A DNA stretch of 59,146 nt, counting the filler, from Psammoneis japonica (lineage: Eukaryota): assembly GCA_008632985.1 (NCBI GenBank). It is 2 parts of 2 records of this genome, joined end to end, with 100 filler letters (N's around TTAATTAATTAA, not from the genome) between each part and the next. Parts side by side here need not be neighbours in the genome. Positions count along the whole stretch, not along the records: positions 29,482 to 59,146 come from QPGO01000595.1; 1 more part is not named here. One strand, 5' to 3'. Made by a program: the position numbers and the translations under genes. Of this stretch, positions 46,801 through 59,146 are shown one piece after another (position 1 is the first letter of the stretch; the number at the start of each line of letters is the position of its first letter). A model generated the notes under the pieces. The model was not told where the DNA came from and ran no database searches. It saw nothing but the letters and a program-made list of their open reading frames with translations.

Positions 46801-48790
46801 ATGTCAACTTCTCGGGAAATTGACTGAAGCATCATCTGACCAAAGGTGTTGCTCTTCACCATGCAAATCAAAATGCCTTTGGTCAGATGACATTTCAGCT
46901 GAGTTCCCAAAAAATCACTGGCTCCAATCACCCTCTCACATGGCATTGTGTGCATTTCCACCTCATGCAAAATGCTGGTTGTGACTCTTGCAACATTTTC
47001 GAATGATTTCTGTTGATCTTGAATCTGTGGCAAGTCATTGTGATTTGTGAAGGATTTTTTCGTCAGAGAAACACGCACGCACGCACTCTCCGTCGTGAGT
47101 CTGTGCGTCGACCGTCGCTTTTTGTTTTTGTCCATGTTTCCATGTTTCAGCTACGATGATGTAGAATCCGGGCAATGACAATGTCCTTTGCAGTGCTGCA
47201 AATTGCCAAACACTTGGCAAAAATGCGCGTAAACCGCCTTCGTTCGCTTCTGAAGGGAAAATTTCCATTCGTTGCGATTTTGTGCCAGAGCCACGTAGAA
47301 ATGCACAGCGCTGCATCTTGCTGCTTTCCAACTCCCGCCTCCGACCTCCGACGAAGACACGGTGAAGCACGAGGATGCACCCGACAATGGCGGTGCCCAT
47401 TGTCATCGATTCTGCCAATTTTCACACTCTCCCGTGTTTCATTTAACTCCAAATGGCAATGAAAGAGAGCTTTGGTGCTTTGCATTTTTTCCATTGGCGG
47501 CTTCACTCACATTCATTCTCCGTCTGCACATTTTGACATCCCAGCCAGCGCAACGCGCAGTTTTTGCTTCCATTCAGGAGCATTGCAGCTCAAGCTGTCG
47601 TTCATCAACCAACACTGGTGAAATTCGTTCGATTGTTGAATGCCTGGTGTTGCTGTGCACACATTTGAGGCAATGGGAGGGCAAGAAATGGCTCTTGCAA
47701 GAGCGCACAATGCGTCATGTTGCTTGACAGATGCAACAGACATGGCAGAGTTGGATGTGACCAATGAAGAGGTTGAATTTGTGGTGCACAGGAGGGTGAA
47801 CATCAACTTCTCTCTGTCGGCGGAGGGAGTGACTCGCTTGCAACCAATCTTGGATTAGATTCCATGCTGCTCTGGGTTGTTTGTTCAACACTGCTCTAGA
47901 TTCAATGCCACTCTCTAGAGGTTGTTTGTTCAACACCACTCTAGACAAGCCACTGCTCTAGGTTCTTTGTTCAATGCTACATCAGATTCGACACTCATCT
48001 GGGTTCTTTGTTCAATGCTGCTCTGGACTCGACACTGCTCCAGCATCAATGCAATCGGATCATGCAGCGGCACTGTTGATTCTAGATTGTCTGTTTTTTT
48101 TCTACACTGCTGGTGTCCATCCCAATGAAGATCCACACACAATGGCACAGTGCAAATGCCGTCTTCTCTTTGGGCTTGGTCGGTCTACGAGACCAGGGCT
48201 TTCCTCCGGGTGAATGACATGGCACGCCATTCCTCTTGCAATTTGCAAACTCCTCGACCGAAGTTTGCCACTCATCGAGTTTGTTCTTGTTCCTCTGTGC
48301 AATGTTTCGAATTTAGTTTGGCTCATCCACAGAAAAATGCCCACATCCAATGCATTGACGGTGCGCCTCATCGTCCAGAAGGTGTCCGCCGACCAGAAAC
48401 TTCCTGTCGCGCTCTTCGGCACACCGCACCACAACTCGGTTCCCTCAGCTCGTCGAGCATTTTATCCCTCGTGGGACCATCTACATCATCATACTCGATA
48501 GTGTCATGTGGAGTTTCGGCGTTTGATTCCCGTGCACGGACACGGTTGTGCATGGCGTTTGTTTGCCATGGTTGAAGAGTGCGAGCGGTGTCATCTGTGT
48601 TGTTTCCAAAAAATCACGCGCGGGAAGATTGTGTACTTTTCTACGTAGGCTGGTACAATCGAGCAACGAAGAGAAATTTTCCCTTCAGAGGCGAACGAAG
48701 GAGCTTTACGCGCGTTTTTGCCAAGTGTTCAGCAATTTGTAGTATACAGGAACGGATAAATCCGAATGCACGCTGCAAAGAATTCAAAAT
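37846..48790. repeat. TpA-depleted composite repeat block, possibly a degenerate DNA transposon starting TTAA-GGGGGACC
   Basis: Reiterated modules: ~330-bp GTCAATGGGAGTCA...TTGCAACATTTT at ~44220, 44700 and 46700; inverted pair 39380-39603 / 40908-41139; ~860-bp tandem. No recognisable protein domain. Confidence 0.5.
42279..43985. repeat. ~860-bp direct tandem duplication (also ~56933-58630)
   Basis: CAAGGGAAACAAACAGAGTTGTG occurs at 42296 and ~43154, with colinear downstream sequence. Confidence 0.85.
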
Positions 48791-49134
48791 GTTGACGTCG
48801 CTTGCGGCCTGCGGCCAGCGGCCATGGCCATGGAGGTCAAGGAACGATCATATCATACAGCATTGATGTGACGATGACACCACCACTGCCAATGACCAAT
48901 TGAGGCAATATCCATCGCCGTGATAGTTACTATATGGTGACGCTCCGCCTGCAAAATCTGCAGTTTCAAGTTGAGAAGCCTTCCTCGGAAACATGGTTTG
49001 CATTTTAGAATTTGTCGAAAACCTTTTCAAATGTTTCTTTTTGGCGATGATTCGAAACACGTCGTGTTTCTTCCACGATACTCTCACAACGCCCACGATA
49101 CTCACAACGTCGAGACAAACGCACTGCAACAACA

Positions 49135-50268
49135 ATGGCACCAAAGACTGGAGCTGAGCGCCAGAAGGGTTACAGGGACCGACAAAATGCAAAGGGACCG
49201 GAGTTTAGAGAAAGCGAGAATCTTCGACACCGGGAACGTCGAAAGAGGGAGAAGGAACTGAAGAAGGCGACTCCAGAATCCTTAGACGCGATGCAGTTGC
49301 TTTTGAAAAACCAAAACGAGGAGCGCCAAGACCTGCTGAAGCAAGGCAAGGCCAATCGAGAGCTGTGTGTCAAAGTGGTTGCTGCGACGCCTGGCAATCT
49401 AGTGACAGATCCGAGCAGCGACGCCTTGAAAGCGACCGGAACAGAGAGCCACGAACGTTATCACGACGAGGACTTGTCGGATGGTGAGATTCTTGAGCAG
49501 GAGCACGAACCGGTTGCTGCGACGCCTGGCAATCTAGTGACAGATCCGAGCAGCGACGCCTCGAAAGCGACCGCAACAGAGAGCCACGGACGTTATCGCG
49601 ATGGGTACTTGTCGGATGGTGAGATACCCGAGCACGAACCCGCCTTGGTGGACGAAGAGGAATGCTCGGACGACGAGGAAACTAGTGTCGGAAACATTGG
49701 TTGTCCCAACAAGCACTGGAGAAAGGGTTACTGGATAGTTCTGCCCTTGACCGAGGAGCCTCGAGAGGTCTACCTTGACTTGGACAATGATGCGGACATC
49801 TCCACGAGAGGACCGAAGCTTTGCCAGGAAGCGTTCGAAAATTACGTGCCGGTAGAGAAAACGGATGGTCTCGGTAAAACCTTAGGACAAGTCGCAGATG
49901 ACTTGGATAGGAGTGTGCTTAGGAGCCTGCGGTACATTCTAAATCATCGCAACAAGGTTCAGCATAAAAAGTGGTCGTGCCGGTTGAACAACCGTGAGTT
50001 GTACGAGAAGGAGTTGGTGTACGCCCTGGGAAAACTCTGCCCGAAATGGGAATTGATACACGACAACCCCGAAGCGCAACGTCTACGAAAAGAGCGCGAT
50101 GACGCATACGCAAAGCTTGATGTTGCAGAAGCAAAGCTTGATGCTGCAGAAGCAAAGCTTGACGGCGCATACGCAGAGATTCAGCGGCTCAGGCGAGAGC
50201 GATCCGGCCGCCAATATGATGCCGAATACTACCGACCGACAAAGCGCACCCGCCGGGATTACCATTGA
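49135..50268 (+). CDS. Hypothetical 377-aa protein: basic N-terminus, acidic 45-aa repeat, HEPN-like RNxxxH helix, coiled coil
   Basis: Single ORF with normal TpA and Tyr usage, followed by AT-rich 3' UTR-like sequence. LRYILNHRNKVQH ends at 49965. AEAKLD heptads. Confidence 0.7.
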   Translation: MAPKTGAERQKGYRDRQNAKGPEFRESENLRHRERRKREKELKKATPESLDAMQLLLKNQNEERQDLLKQGKANRELCVKVVAATPGNLVTDPSSDALKATGTESHERYHDEDLSDGEILEQEHEPVAATPGNLVTDPSSDASKATATESHGRYRDGYLSDGEIPEHEPALVDEEECSDDEETSVGNIGCPNKHWRKGYWIVLPLTEEPREVYLDLDNDADISTRGPKLCQEAFENYVPVEKTDGLGKTLGQVADDLDRSVLRSLRYILNHRNKVQHKKWSCRLNNRELYEKELVYALGKLCPKWELIHDNPEAQRLRKERDDAYAKLDVAEAKLDAAEAKLDGAYAEIQRLRRERSGRQYDAEYYRPTKRTRRDYH

Positions 50269-50439
50269 ATGATAATTCTCTGCAGATTCATCCTCTGCAA
50301 CATCGCGCTTCCGATAGGATACTACTTCTATTATAATTAACTTCTATAACTAACGTCTCTGGAAGAATCAGCTGTAATACATGTATGCATAGAAATACTA
50401 CACGAGAGTGGCTTTAGCGACCTACTCCTTTGAGGCATC

Positions 50440-52035
50440 CGGTTGGACACTAGGATAACACCATTTCTCCAGCCACGGCTTTATCTACTGGGTCGGTGGG
50501 AAGGAGAGACTTGTGCTGAGAAAAGGCCTCCTCGAGAAATTTTCCAATAACGGAAATCGGCTGGCACGACCGAACGACAGTGCCAGAAACACCGTCTTTG
50601 CACTCCAGCACTGGCACTGGTCCCATGGGATTAATACAAAGAAAGTCTTTGCTTTTGTTTTCGCCTTTGAATGGACTTTGCGGCAAGCTGACTCGCCAAG
50701 TGCATGACGACCTCCAGTAACCGTATAGCTTGAAATCGACGGATCAGCCATCTTGCACCAGAGAGGAATCATCAGGAGTGCCGTCGGTTCTGGCTGGCAA
50801 AATGGTGCCTTCACATTCACCAAAGCCACGCGAGTTCCATCATGACGGACACATTGTCCATTCATTATTACGGCATCACAGTCTATCATTTGCGCACTTT
50901 GTCACCCATTCCATGGCACCCTTCCACCTCAATTCGAGCGCACTGCCATAGTATCACGGTTATGTTCCAGAGATGGTTCCACTCCCCATCAACTCGCCTG
51001 CTTGCATCACGTAACCCGTTACCGAATGATGCATAAGTTGTCGAGCAGCGTTCCAATGCATGTGCTTCAAGTTGGATCGATCAACCCCTGTGGGCTCTGA
51101 CTGGTCAAAAGCCTTTACTCCAACCGATACTTTGGCATCAAATGAATTGAGGGCTGGGTCTTGGAGATAGGGTAGCGGCATTGGATCGACTTGCTCTGGT
51201 TCAGCCGAACTGATGGCACGAAAGTCATCAAGAGCGTTCATGGTGACAATCCACGGAGAAATAGTAGTGGCAAAATTCTTCGCCGTAAAGGGACCCAACG
51301 GAACATATTCCCACTTTTGAACATCTCGCCGACCAATCATTCATGGGACATATCCAAAGATGCGATCGTTGGCTTGTTCGAGTGACATGGGAGCCGTAAT
51401 GGCAGGTCCGCCAACTACCGCTGCCTCATCCAATTCATAATCCAGCAGTCGGCAAGGACCATAGATGCTGCCTTGTTTGGGATCGTCCCTGTCTGTTTGC
51501 AGCTGTCCAGATGGACGATGAGCGGGCTTTCCCCAAAGAAATTTAGTGGGTGACCGTCCGTAATAACCGACGGGTAAATGCAGCCAATCGGGCTGCACGG
51601 CGTTTTCCTCGCCACGAAACATGATACCCAAACTCGTTGCATGCTTTCGGCTTGAATAAAAGTCGGTATATTCGCCCACAATGATAGGCATACCCTTTTC
51701 TACTCTTTCAACAGGGTACAAAGCTGCTTGCTGAAGCTTTCTGTTTGTAGCAAGTCGATTGTCAGTACCCGTCAAGAGATTCAAAAGAGGTTCTCGGGTG
51801 ACCGTCCACACTGTTATGGGTGTCGCAGAAACGAATTGAGCATTGGCTTTGTAAAGACATTGGGACCTAGATTGGGAATACCAACCAAGAGTCCCGCTTC
51901 TTACAAGACTTGTCAACCGTGTCACCGGCAAATATCGTATGAAATAGCACATCTTTGTAGTTTCGAGCAAAGTGACACCACACCAAAAGGTAAAAAGTCC
52001 AAGTCTTAGCGAACCGGCAACCACGACGACGCCAT
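50440..52035 (-). pseudogene. FAH: FAH and MAAI (GST zeta) pseudogene, copy 2
   Basis: Colinear with 35430-37024 (ORFs 51341..52099, 50960..51340, 50450..50686). Confidence 0.9.
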
Positions 52036-52738
52036 TGTCGACAAGAGAACGATGAATACGAAAATCTTGCGTCTTTCCAGGACAACTTCTGTTAAGCAAT
52101 CAAAGATGATCATGATGGTTGTTGCTGTAAGTAGTGTCAGAATCTTTGTTTTTGTTCAGACCGGAAAATGACTTGCTTTTCAGAGAGAACCGTCACATCA
52201 TCGCCCAATGACACCACAACATACTGTAGTCCATGCGCGGTAATTACGTTTCCGGTGTATATGCTTGCAGCTGTGGTCGTTCTTGATAGTGCTGAAGGAG
52301 TTCCGCGTTCCGCCGCATGCTCGGGTGTGTTGTATTCCGCCTCGAGCAACGCATTCATCGACGACAGCACCAGCGGTAGGGATTGCAAGCATGCGGTCTA
52401 TTGTCTTGTCTAGTCTTGAGCGTTTAACAAGTCGTCGTCATGAAAGGACCAATCGTTGTTATCGTTGCTATGTTGAGTAGTGTCGTTTTGTTTCCCAGAG
52501 AGGTGTTGTAGTTGCAGGTTGATGCATGACTTCTGCTTCTGCTTTGATTGCGATTCTCTGTCAAGAGACTGTCGTCATCGAACGACCATGCATCGAGTCT
52601 TCGTCGTTGTTGTCGTCAAGGGTGGGTGGAAAGCAAGTCATCTACGTCATCGTTCCAACTGTCTCCTAGCGACGCCATGGTGACAGCGAGAGAGCGAGCG
52701 AGGGTTCTGTCAGTGACGGTCTGTCACCGTCGGGTTGT

Positions 52739-52851
52739 GAGCATCACGTGCGCACGTGACGAGCGTCCCGTGCGCACGTGTCGAGCGTCCCGTGCGCACG
52801 TGTCGAGCGTCCCGTGCGCACGTGTCGGGGTCTGTCACGTGCGCACGTGAC
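52739..52851. repeat. 22-bp palindromic-core tandem repeat, copy 2
   Basis: Same sequence as 37729-37841. Confidence 0.9.
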
Positions 52852-55800
52852 GGTCTTAAGGGGGACCGCCGACCTATTTTTTCCGCGTTTATCCTAAAAT
52901 TAGCAATGTGTTTGAATGCGTTTATTCATAATTGTCAATTTTAAATGCAAGAGTTGTTCGATCGCCCACGAAAACGAGAACATCAGGCACCGCGATCGAA
53001 GCACGACGATGACGGCAATTGCGCTGTCTCTCAAAATTGGCCCAGTGGCACGAGGGACGAAAGCACACAAATCAATCTGAACTGCATGACGACAATGAAG
53101 CCAATGAGTGTCCCTCGTGAGGTGGCACTTTGCAGCTCACCGCTCGTCGCGAACATCGTCATTGTCGCTCGTCCTTTTGTCGTGTTGTTTTCTGTCGCGA
53201 CCCGTCAAAAATGCGTAAAAACCCAGAAAAGACGTGCAAAAAAAAAGAGCCGACGGCCCGCCTTAAAAGATCGCAAAGAAAAAAAGAAAGGCTCATGTTG
53301 GCACAAACATTGTGTGTGCTGGATGTTCGCGGCACTTTCCATGCTGGCACAAAAAAAGCACCCCTGCGAAGCCAGCAGCACAGCTTTGAATTGCTCTGTG
53401 AGCTGCTGCAAGACAGAGCTTGGCTTGGTTTTGCCCGTTTGGGGATTCCCCAAAATGGCAAGGGGAGCGTGCTCCAGCTCTGGGTGGGACCTCGCACCAC
53501 TGAACTGTGGCATTATTTTTTTTTTTCATCCGTCGCATGTTTCGCACGTGCATTCCTGCGTGTTCCATTACAAAAAATTGCTCCACACTGCCTGATTTGC
53601 GAAGCCAAAGGCTTTCTGTCATCTGCGCTTGTGCCAACAAAAGATGCGTTCCAGGTCTGGGTGGGACCTCGCACTGCTGAACTGTGACATCGACAGTTTT
53701 TTGAATCGCGTCGCATGTTGCGCACGCAGATTTCTGCGTGATTTTTGCGACATTTTGTGTCATTTTACGGTGCACTTGTTGAGCGATCCGTCCAGCAACT
53801 TTTGACATTTTTTGTCACAGCACGATTCTATGATGTCTTGAGAATCGCGCAGGGTGGGCGCTTTTGCAAAAACGTCGAGTGTCAAGTGGCATGATTGCAC
53901 CACAAACTTGGCCGTTTATTTGATGTTGAAGATGAACACACCCGTCAATTAAATTCTCGCACTGCGGAGCTTGCACGTAGAATTCCACGGGCCGAATGTC
54001 ACATGGAGTCCCACCCAGGGCTGGAACGCGTCAAAAGTGCGCTGGGCATGTTCTTTGATGTCCAAAGAACACACCCGGGCACGCTGCAAAGAATGCACTT
54101 CAAGTGTGGAGGAGGAGACACGCTCGCAAAATTGCCTCTTTTTCTGTTGGCGATCATTCGCACAACCATTGCTTGACAATTTTTCTGCGGAGCTCGCGTG
54201 CAGAATTCTGCGGGCCCAACATCACAAAAAGTCCCACACCTGGGGCTGGAACCCATCAAGGGCAAGGGGGAGCTGCCTTGCCCTTTTGGGGAACACCCGG
54301 GAAATGAGGGTGATTTGGCAGGAAGGAACGGCTGAAAGGGGTCAGGGGAAGGAACAAAAAATGAGCACAGCGCGGCAGCTCCCGCCTTGTTTTGTGTGAA
54401 CGGGTGTGCTTTTTGCCACATTCAACCAGAAAGCCGCGCTCTGCCGCCGCCGACCATGACGGATGCATCAACAAATCGACACAAAGCGGCCCCTCATGGC
54501 GCAGCAAAGGAAGAATGAACTTCGCCATTGAATCACACACATCGACGTTGCTCATGTGCGGCTCTGTTTTTGCCTTGATTTGCTCTGGAGCCGCTGTGGC
54601 TTGCATTTGTGACCGCGCAACACAAGAGGGAAAAAATGACACACCGCATTCTGCACATTAGACAGGTCAAAGGGAAGAAGAAACATCGTCAATCAATCAG
54701 CCACATTTTTGTCAACCACGCGTGACTCCACTTTTGCCTTGTCCTTCACACTGGACGCCTCGTGGCTTGCCTTTCTGAGTGCACGACAAAAGAGTGATCT
54801 GAGCGACTCCCTTCATTCTGCACACAAGATGTGCAAATTGGAAGAATGAGAGTGACCATTCAATCCGCCACATTGCTGTTGTTGGCCATGTGTGGCTCTG
54901 CTTTTGCCCTGGCCTTTGCCACATGCTTTGTGGCTTGCATTTGTGGCTGCACAACAAAAAAACAACTGACACCCAACGATCAATTGCGCTGGTGTTCTGC
55001 ACATGTGCAACCACATTTCATCTTGTGTTTTGTGCCATGGATCCCGTTCAATCGATGTTGTCGAATGCATTGAACGGCGTCGTGATTGACGGGCAACAGC
55101 CGTCACAAATGGGACGCGAGCACGCCATGGCGTGTTGCCCATTTTTGTTGTGGTCGGTCGATTGTCTGGCTCATGCGTGGAACGCGCAGAAATGCATGAG
55201 AGGGAAAGCACGGGGAATTTCCAATGCACCATTTTTCATTCACGCATTGAGGGCACATGTGACGAACGGCAATTCGCGGCGATTCTCCGGGAACTCACCC
55301 TTCCCGCGGAAAAACAGGGTGAAAGGTGGCAGCCCCGGGGAATTTTGAGAAAATGCACGGCAAAACCAAACTGAGAGACAGAGCAGTCTGGCCGTCAGCT
55401 TTCTTGGTTGACCAGCCTTTGACCCCCCCCTGTTGACCAACAACTTTGATGGTGGAAATGACCCCTTGGCTCAAGCTTGGCTTCTCGCCAAAATCGTTGG
55501 CTTTGCCGTCAAGGGTGTTGAAGGTGTCGCAGCCCCTGGTGTGTTGGCAAGGGGACTGCGGCTGATGGGCTCCAGCCCTGGGGGACTTTTTGTGACGCTG
55601 GGCCCGCAGAATTCTGCACGCAAGCTCTGCAGCAAAATTGTGCAGCAATGAACATGCCAACAATCGCCAACAGAAAAAGAGGCAATTTTGCGAACGCACC
55701 TCGTCCTCCTCCACACTTGAAGCACATTCTTTGCAGCATGCCCGGGTGTGTTCTTCAGTCATTGAAGAGCGCACCCACCAGCGTGCTTTTGTTGCCAAAA

Positions 55801-58800
55801 TGACAGCAACAGAAGATTGGGCATGTGGGGCTCTGCCACACATCATTGTGAGTGAGAAATGGGATTTTTGAGTCAGAGCGGCGTGTGAGTCATCAAACCC
55901 TCTGTTTCAAGAAACGAGGGTGTGTGGCTGCAGCGGGAGCTCCATCCAGCCCAAGCCCAAGAAATGCATGGTTCTCAGGCCTGGACCCAGAGCAACTTCA
56001 AGTGGTTTTTGAAGGCAAAATTCCCAAATGATCTGCGCATGCAACATCTGAATGGATTGCTCCAACAAACAGAAGATGGTCACATGAACATGTCAGCTGC
56101 AACAAAAGTTGGGGCCACAGTGCAAAAGCCACTTTTTGTCTCACATGAAGTGCTTGCAAGACAGGGCTGCTGCTGGTGGCAGGAGCATGAAGCATCAAAC
56201 AATGTTGCTCAAGCTCAATTTGTTGTTGTGTGCGTTGATTGAATTTTCTCACTGGAAGGGCCCAAGTCACGCTGCTGAGACAAAAAAAGTGCTGGGATTG
56301 TGCGAAGAGGATGACACTGATGATGCACGTGCTGAAGCTTTTTTGATCTTGAGGCTTTTCTGCCCAAGGCTTGGGATCAGCTCTGGCAACAAACAGCAAA
56401 CTCCAGGCCTTTCTTGCATCATGAAAAAGGTTTGCATTGCTGGGTCAAGGCGCCACTTGGTCAGCTCTCCATCATTGCACGTGCGTCAGATGTGTCAGAA
56501 TGCTGTCCTCCAGCGCAAAAGACAACTCTGCCTCCCATGCCATTGACTGCAAATTGGCCAAAGGATGGGACACCTTGGCACTTGGATGTTTCTTTTGTCA
56601 GCTGGAATGGCGGGAAAGCAACAAACATTGGGAATCCACACCACATTTGAGTTTGTCACAATCCAAAAAACTTGAAATGTGACCCCAGCGACTTGGGCAC
56701 TTGAGGGGCGGTGTTGTCATGGTGGGGTCAAAATGAAAAAGCTGGGTGCCTCAGCATTTTTTTTGTTTTGGAACAAACTTGGAACAAGCAGCTCAAGAGG
56801 TGCACTTGTGAGCCTGCTGCGGGGCTGCCACACATGTCCCACAGTGTCTGGCACTTGGCCACCCAGTGGGCTTCTTGATGCGGGGCCGACATTGCTGTCA
56901 TTGAAATNTGGTCAATGGAGTGACTTGTGGAATTGTTGAAGTGCATTGCCAAGGGAAACAAACAGAGTTGTGTTGCAAGTGAAAACAACAAAGAACCCAT
57001 TTTTGACATCCTCTTTCCAGGCCGCTGGGATTCTTTGTCATGGAACACCTTGAAAAGCTGCTTGCTTGCCAAGTTGATGTTCTTGTTGCACCAGTGCTTT
57101 GTCGTGCTTGGGCACACTCAATTCCTCTGTGTCAAAAAACTTCACCATGTTTCTTGATTCCTGCGTCAATTTGGCAAGATGATGTTCATTCTCTCGCTTT
57201 TGCTTTTTTCAATGGCGGCACATGAAAGTGCTGGTGACTGTTGCAGCTTTCTGCCAGCTGAACATTTGCAACTAAATCAGATTCTTTGAGTGATTGTCGC
57301 GCCTTTGCCGCTCCATCCAGAGCCATCTCACCAGCTCTCTTGGGTTTTGCCACAAAAGAAAAAAAGTCAAAAGGAGGTGGCAAGTGGTGCCAACAGCACA
57401 ATGCCACAGAAACACACAATCAACACACATTGCATGCACAAATCATCAAGCTGTGCATGCCAGACAACTCTTTCAGCAGGGTTGCTTTCAAGCTGCGGGC
57501 TGTCTGCCTGCATGTTGGACATCCCAGAAAACAATGTCCGCTGTGTGGATCAAGAACATTGGATGCAAACAATGTGCGACTGAGCAAGCAATGCAACTTT
57601 GGGCACAAGATGAGTGCAAATGATCCTCTCTCCACTTCTCTGCTCAACTCTCGCCACAGCAATTTTCTTGGAAACTCTCATCCATCCAGTCATCTGCTGN
57701 NNNNNNNNNNNNNNNNNNNNNNNNNNNNNNNNNNNNNNNNNNNNNNNNNNNNNNNNNNNNNNNNNNNNNNNNNNNNNNNNGGAGTTGTTTTTAATGCGTC
57801 ACCAAGGGAAACAAACAGAGTTGTGTTGGGAGTGAAGACAACAAAGAGCCCATTTTTGACGTCCTTTTCCCAGGCCGCTGGGCTTCTTTGTCACAGAACA
57901 CCTTGAAAAGCTGCTTGCTTGCCAAGTTGATGTTCTTGTTGCACCAGTGCTTTGTTGTGCTTGGGCACACTCAACTCCTTTGGTGTCAAAAAACTTCGCC
58001 ATGTTTCTTGGTTCCTGTGTCAATTTGGCAAGATGATGTTCATTCTCTCGCTTTTGCTTTTTTTCAATGGCGGCGGCACATGAAAGTGCTGGTGTCTGTT
58101 GCAGCTTTCCAGCCGAACATTCGCAACTAAATCAGATTCTTTGAGTGCTTGTTGTGCCTTTGCCTCTCCATCCAGAACCATCTCACCAGTTCTCTTGGGT
58201 TTTGCTGCAAAAGAAAAAAGTTAAAAGGAGGTGGCAAGTGGTGCAACAGCACAATGCCACAGAAACACACAATCAAAGCACGTTGCATGCACGAATCATC
58301 AAGCTTTGCATGCCAGGCAACTCTTTCAGCAGGACTGCCATCAAGCTGCGGGCCATCTGCCTGCACACTGGACAACCCAGAAAACAATGTCTGCTGTGTG
58401 GATCAAGAACATTGGGTGCAAACAATGTGAGACTGAGCAAGCAATGCAACTTTGGGCACAAGACAAGATGAGCACAAATGATCCTCTCCACTTCTCTGCT
58501 CAGCTCTCCCACAGCAATTTTCTTGGAAACTCTCGTCCATCCAGTCATCTGCTCCCCACTGCAATGTCATATTTGCTGACATTGAAGAAAACAAGAAAAG
58601 AAGCTGCAGCTGATGAGAACACAAAAGAGCCCAAGGGGAGTCAAACAACACACCACATTGCTCACACAAGATGCACTTGCACTCAGTTTGGTGCCCCAAA
58701 TGTCACACAATTTTGATTGAAGAGCAGCCAGAGGGATTGGCTCCTCTTTTTAAGAGGAGCTGCCCTGTGGCCAGTGGCGAGCTGCACTTCATTCATTGTC

Positions 58801-59146
58801 ATTTTGTGTTTGGCATGCAAATGCTTGCAATGGAAGCAGCAGAGCCCTTCGGTCTTTGGTTGCACTGGCGTCAATGGGAGTCATTGCGGCTCTCAGAGTC
58901 GCTGCACAGAAACGTGCAAAAGAGCACCAAGAAACAATCGCTGCCAGTCTGTCCACCCTTCCACACTCAAGTGTCGACTTCTCAGGAAATCAATTGAAAT
59001 TCATCTCTCCAAAGGTGTTGCTCTTCACCATGCAAGTCAAAATGCCTTTGGTCAGATGACATTTCAGCTGAGTTCCTGAAAAGTCACTGGCTCCAACCAC
59101 CCTCTCGCGTGACATTGTGCGCATTTCCACCTCGTGCAAAATGCTG

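Larger units (their letters stand above)
44500..59146 (+). repeat. ~15 kb tandem unit, copy 2
   Basis: Ends with ...CGTGCAAAATGCTG, the same sequence that ends unit 1 at 44499. Confidence 0.95.

Noticed and set aside
29482..59146. Sequencing or amplification artefact as the cause of TA loss
   Set aside because: Converted sites are shared by both 15-kb units and adjacent host-like DNA is untouched. The 1-bp indels between units probably are errors.

Overview
Eukaryotic sequence, very probably diatom (CoDi-type Ty1/copia elements, an RNase H-bearing LINE, a fumarylacetoacetase pseudogene). It is two contigs joined by an artificial N/TTAATTAATTAA spacer (29382-29481). Contig 1 (1-29381) is a nested transposon cluster: three copia elements from two families, a TRIM, a large LINE and short LINE 3' ends. 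It is circularly permuted, because one copia gag runs off position 1 and resumes at 29381. Contig 2 (29482-59146) is exactly two head-to-tail ~15 kb units, each a repeat block plus a ~4.3 kb host-like island (a hypothetical gene with a HEPN-like motif and a FAH-MAAI fusion pseudogene). The main discovery: TpA has been almost erased from all repeats by strand-symmetric, post-integration TpA->TpG/CpA transitions. Conserved Tyr codons become Cys or His independently in different copies (YVDD->CVDD/HVDD), while the host island keeps normal TpA. This looks like a repeat-targeted 'reverse RIP' A:T->G:C mutation system acting alongside CpG decay. All alignments were done by eye; no databases were searched.
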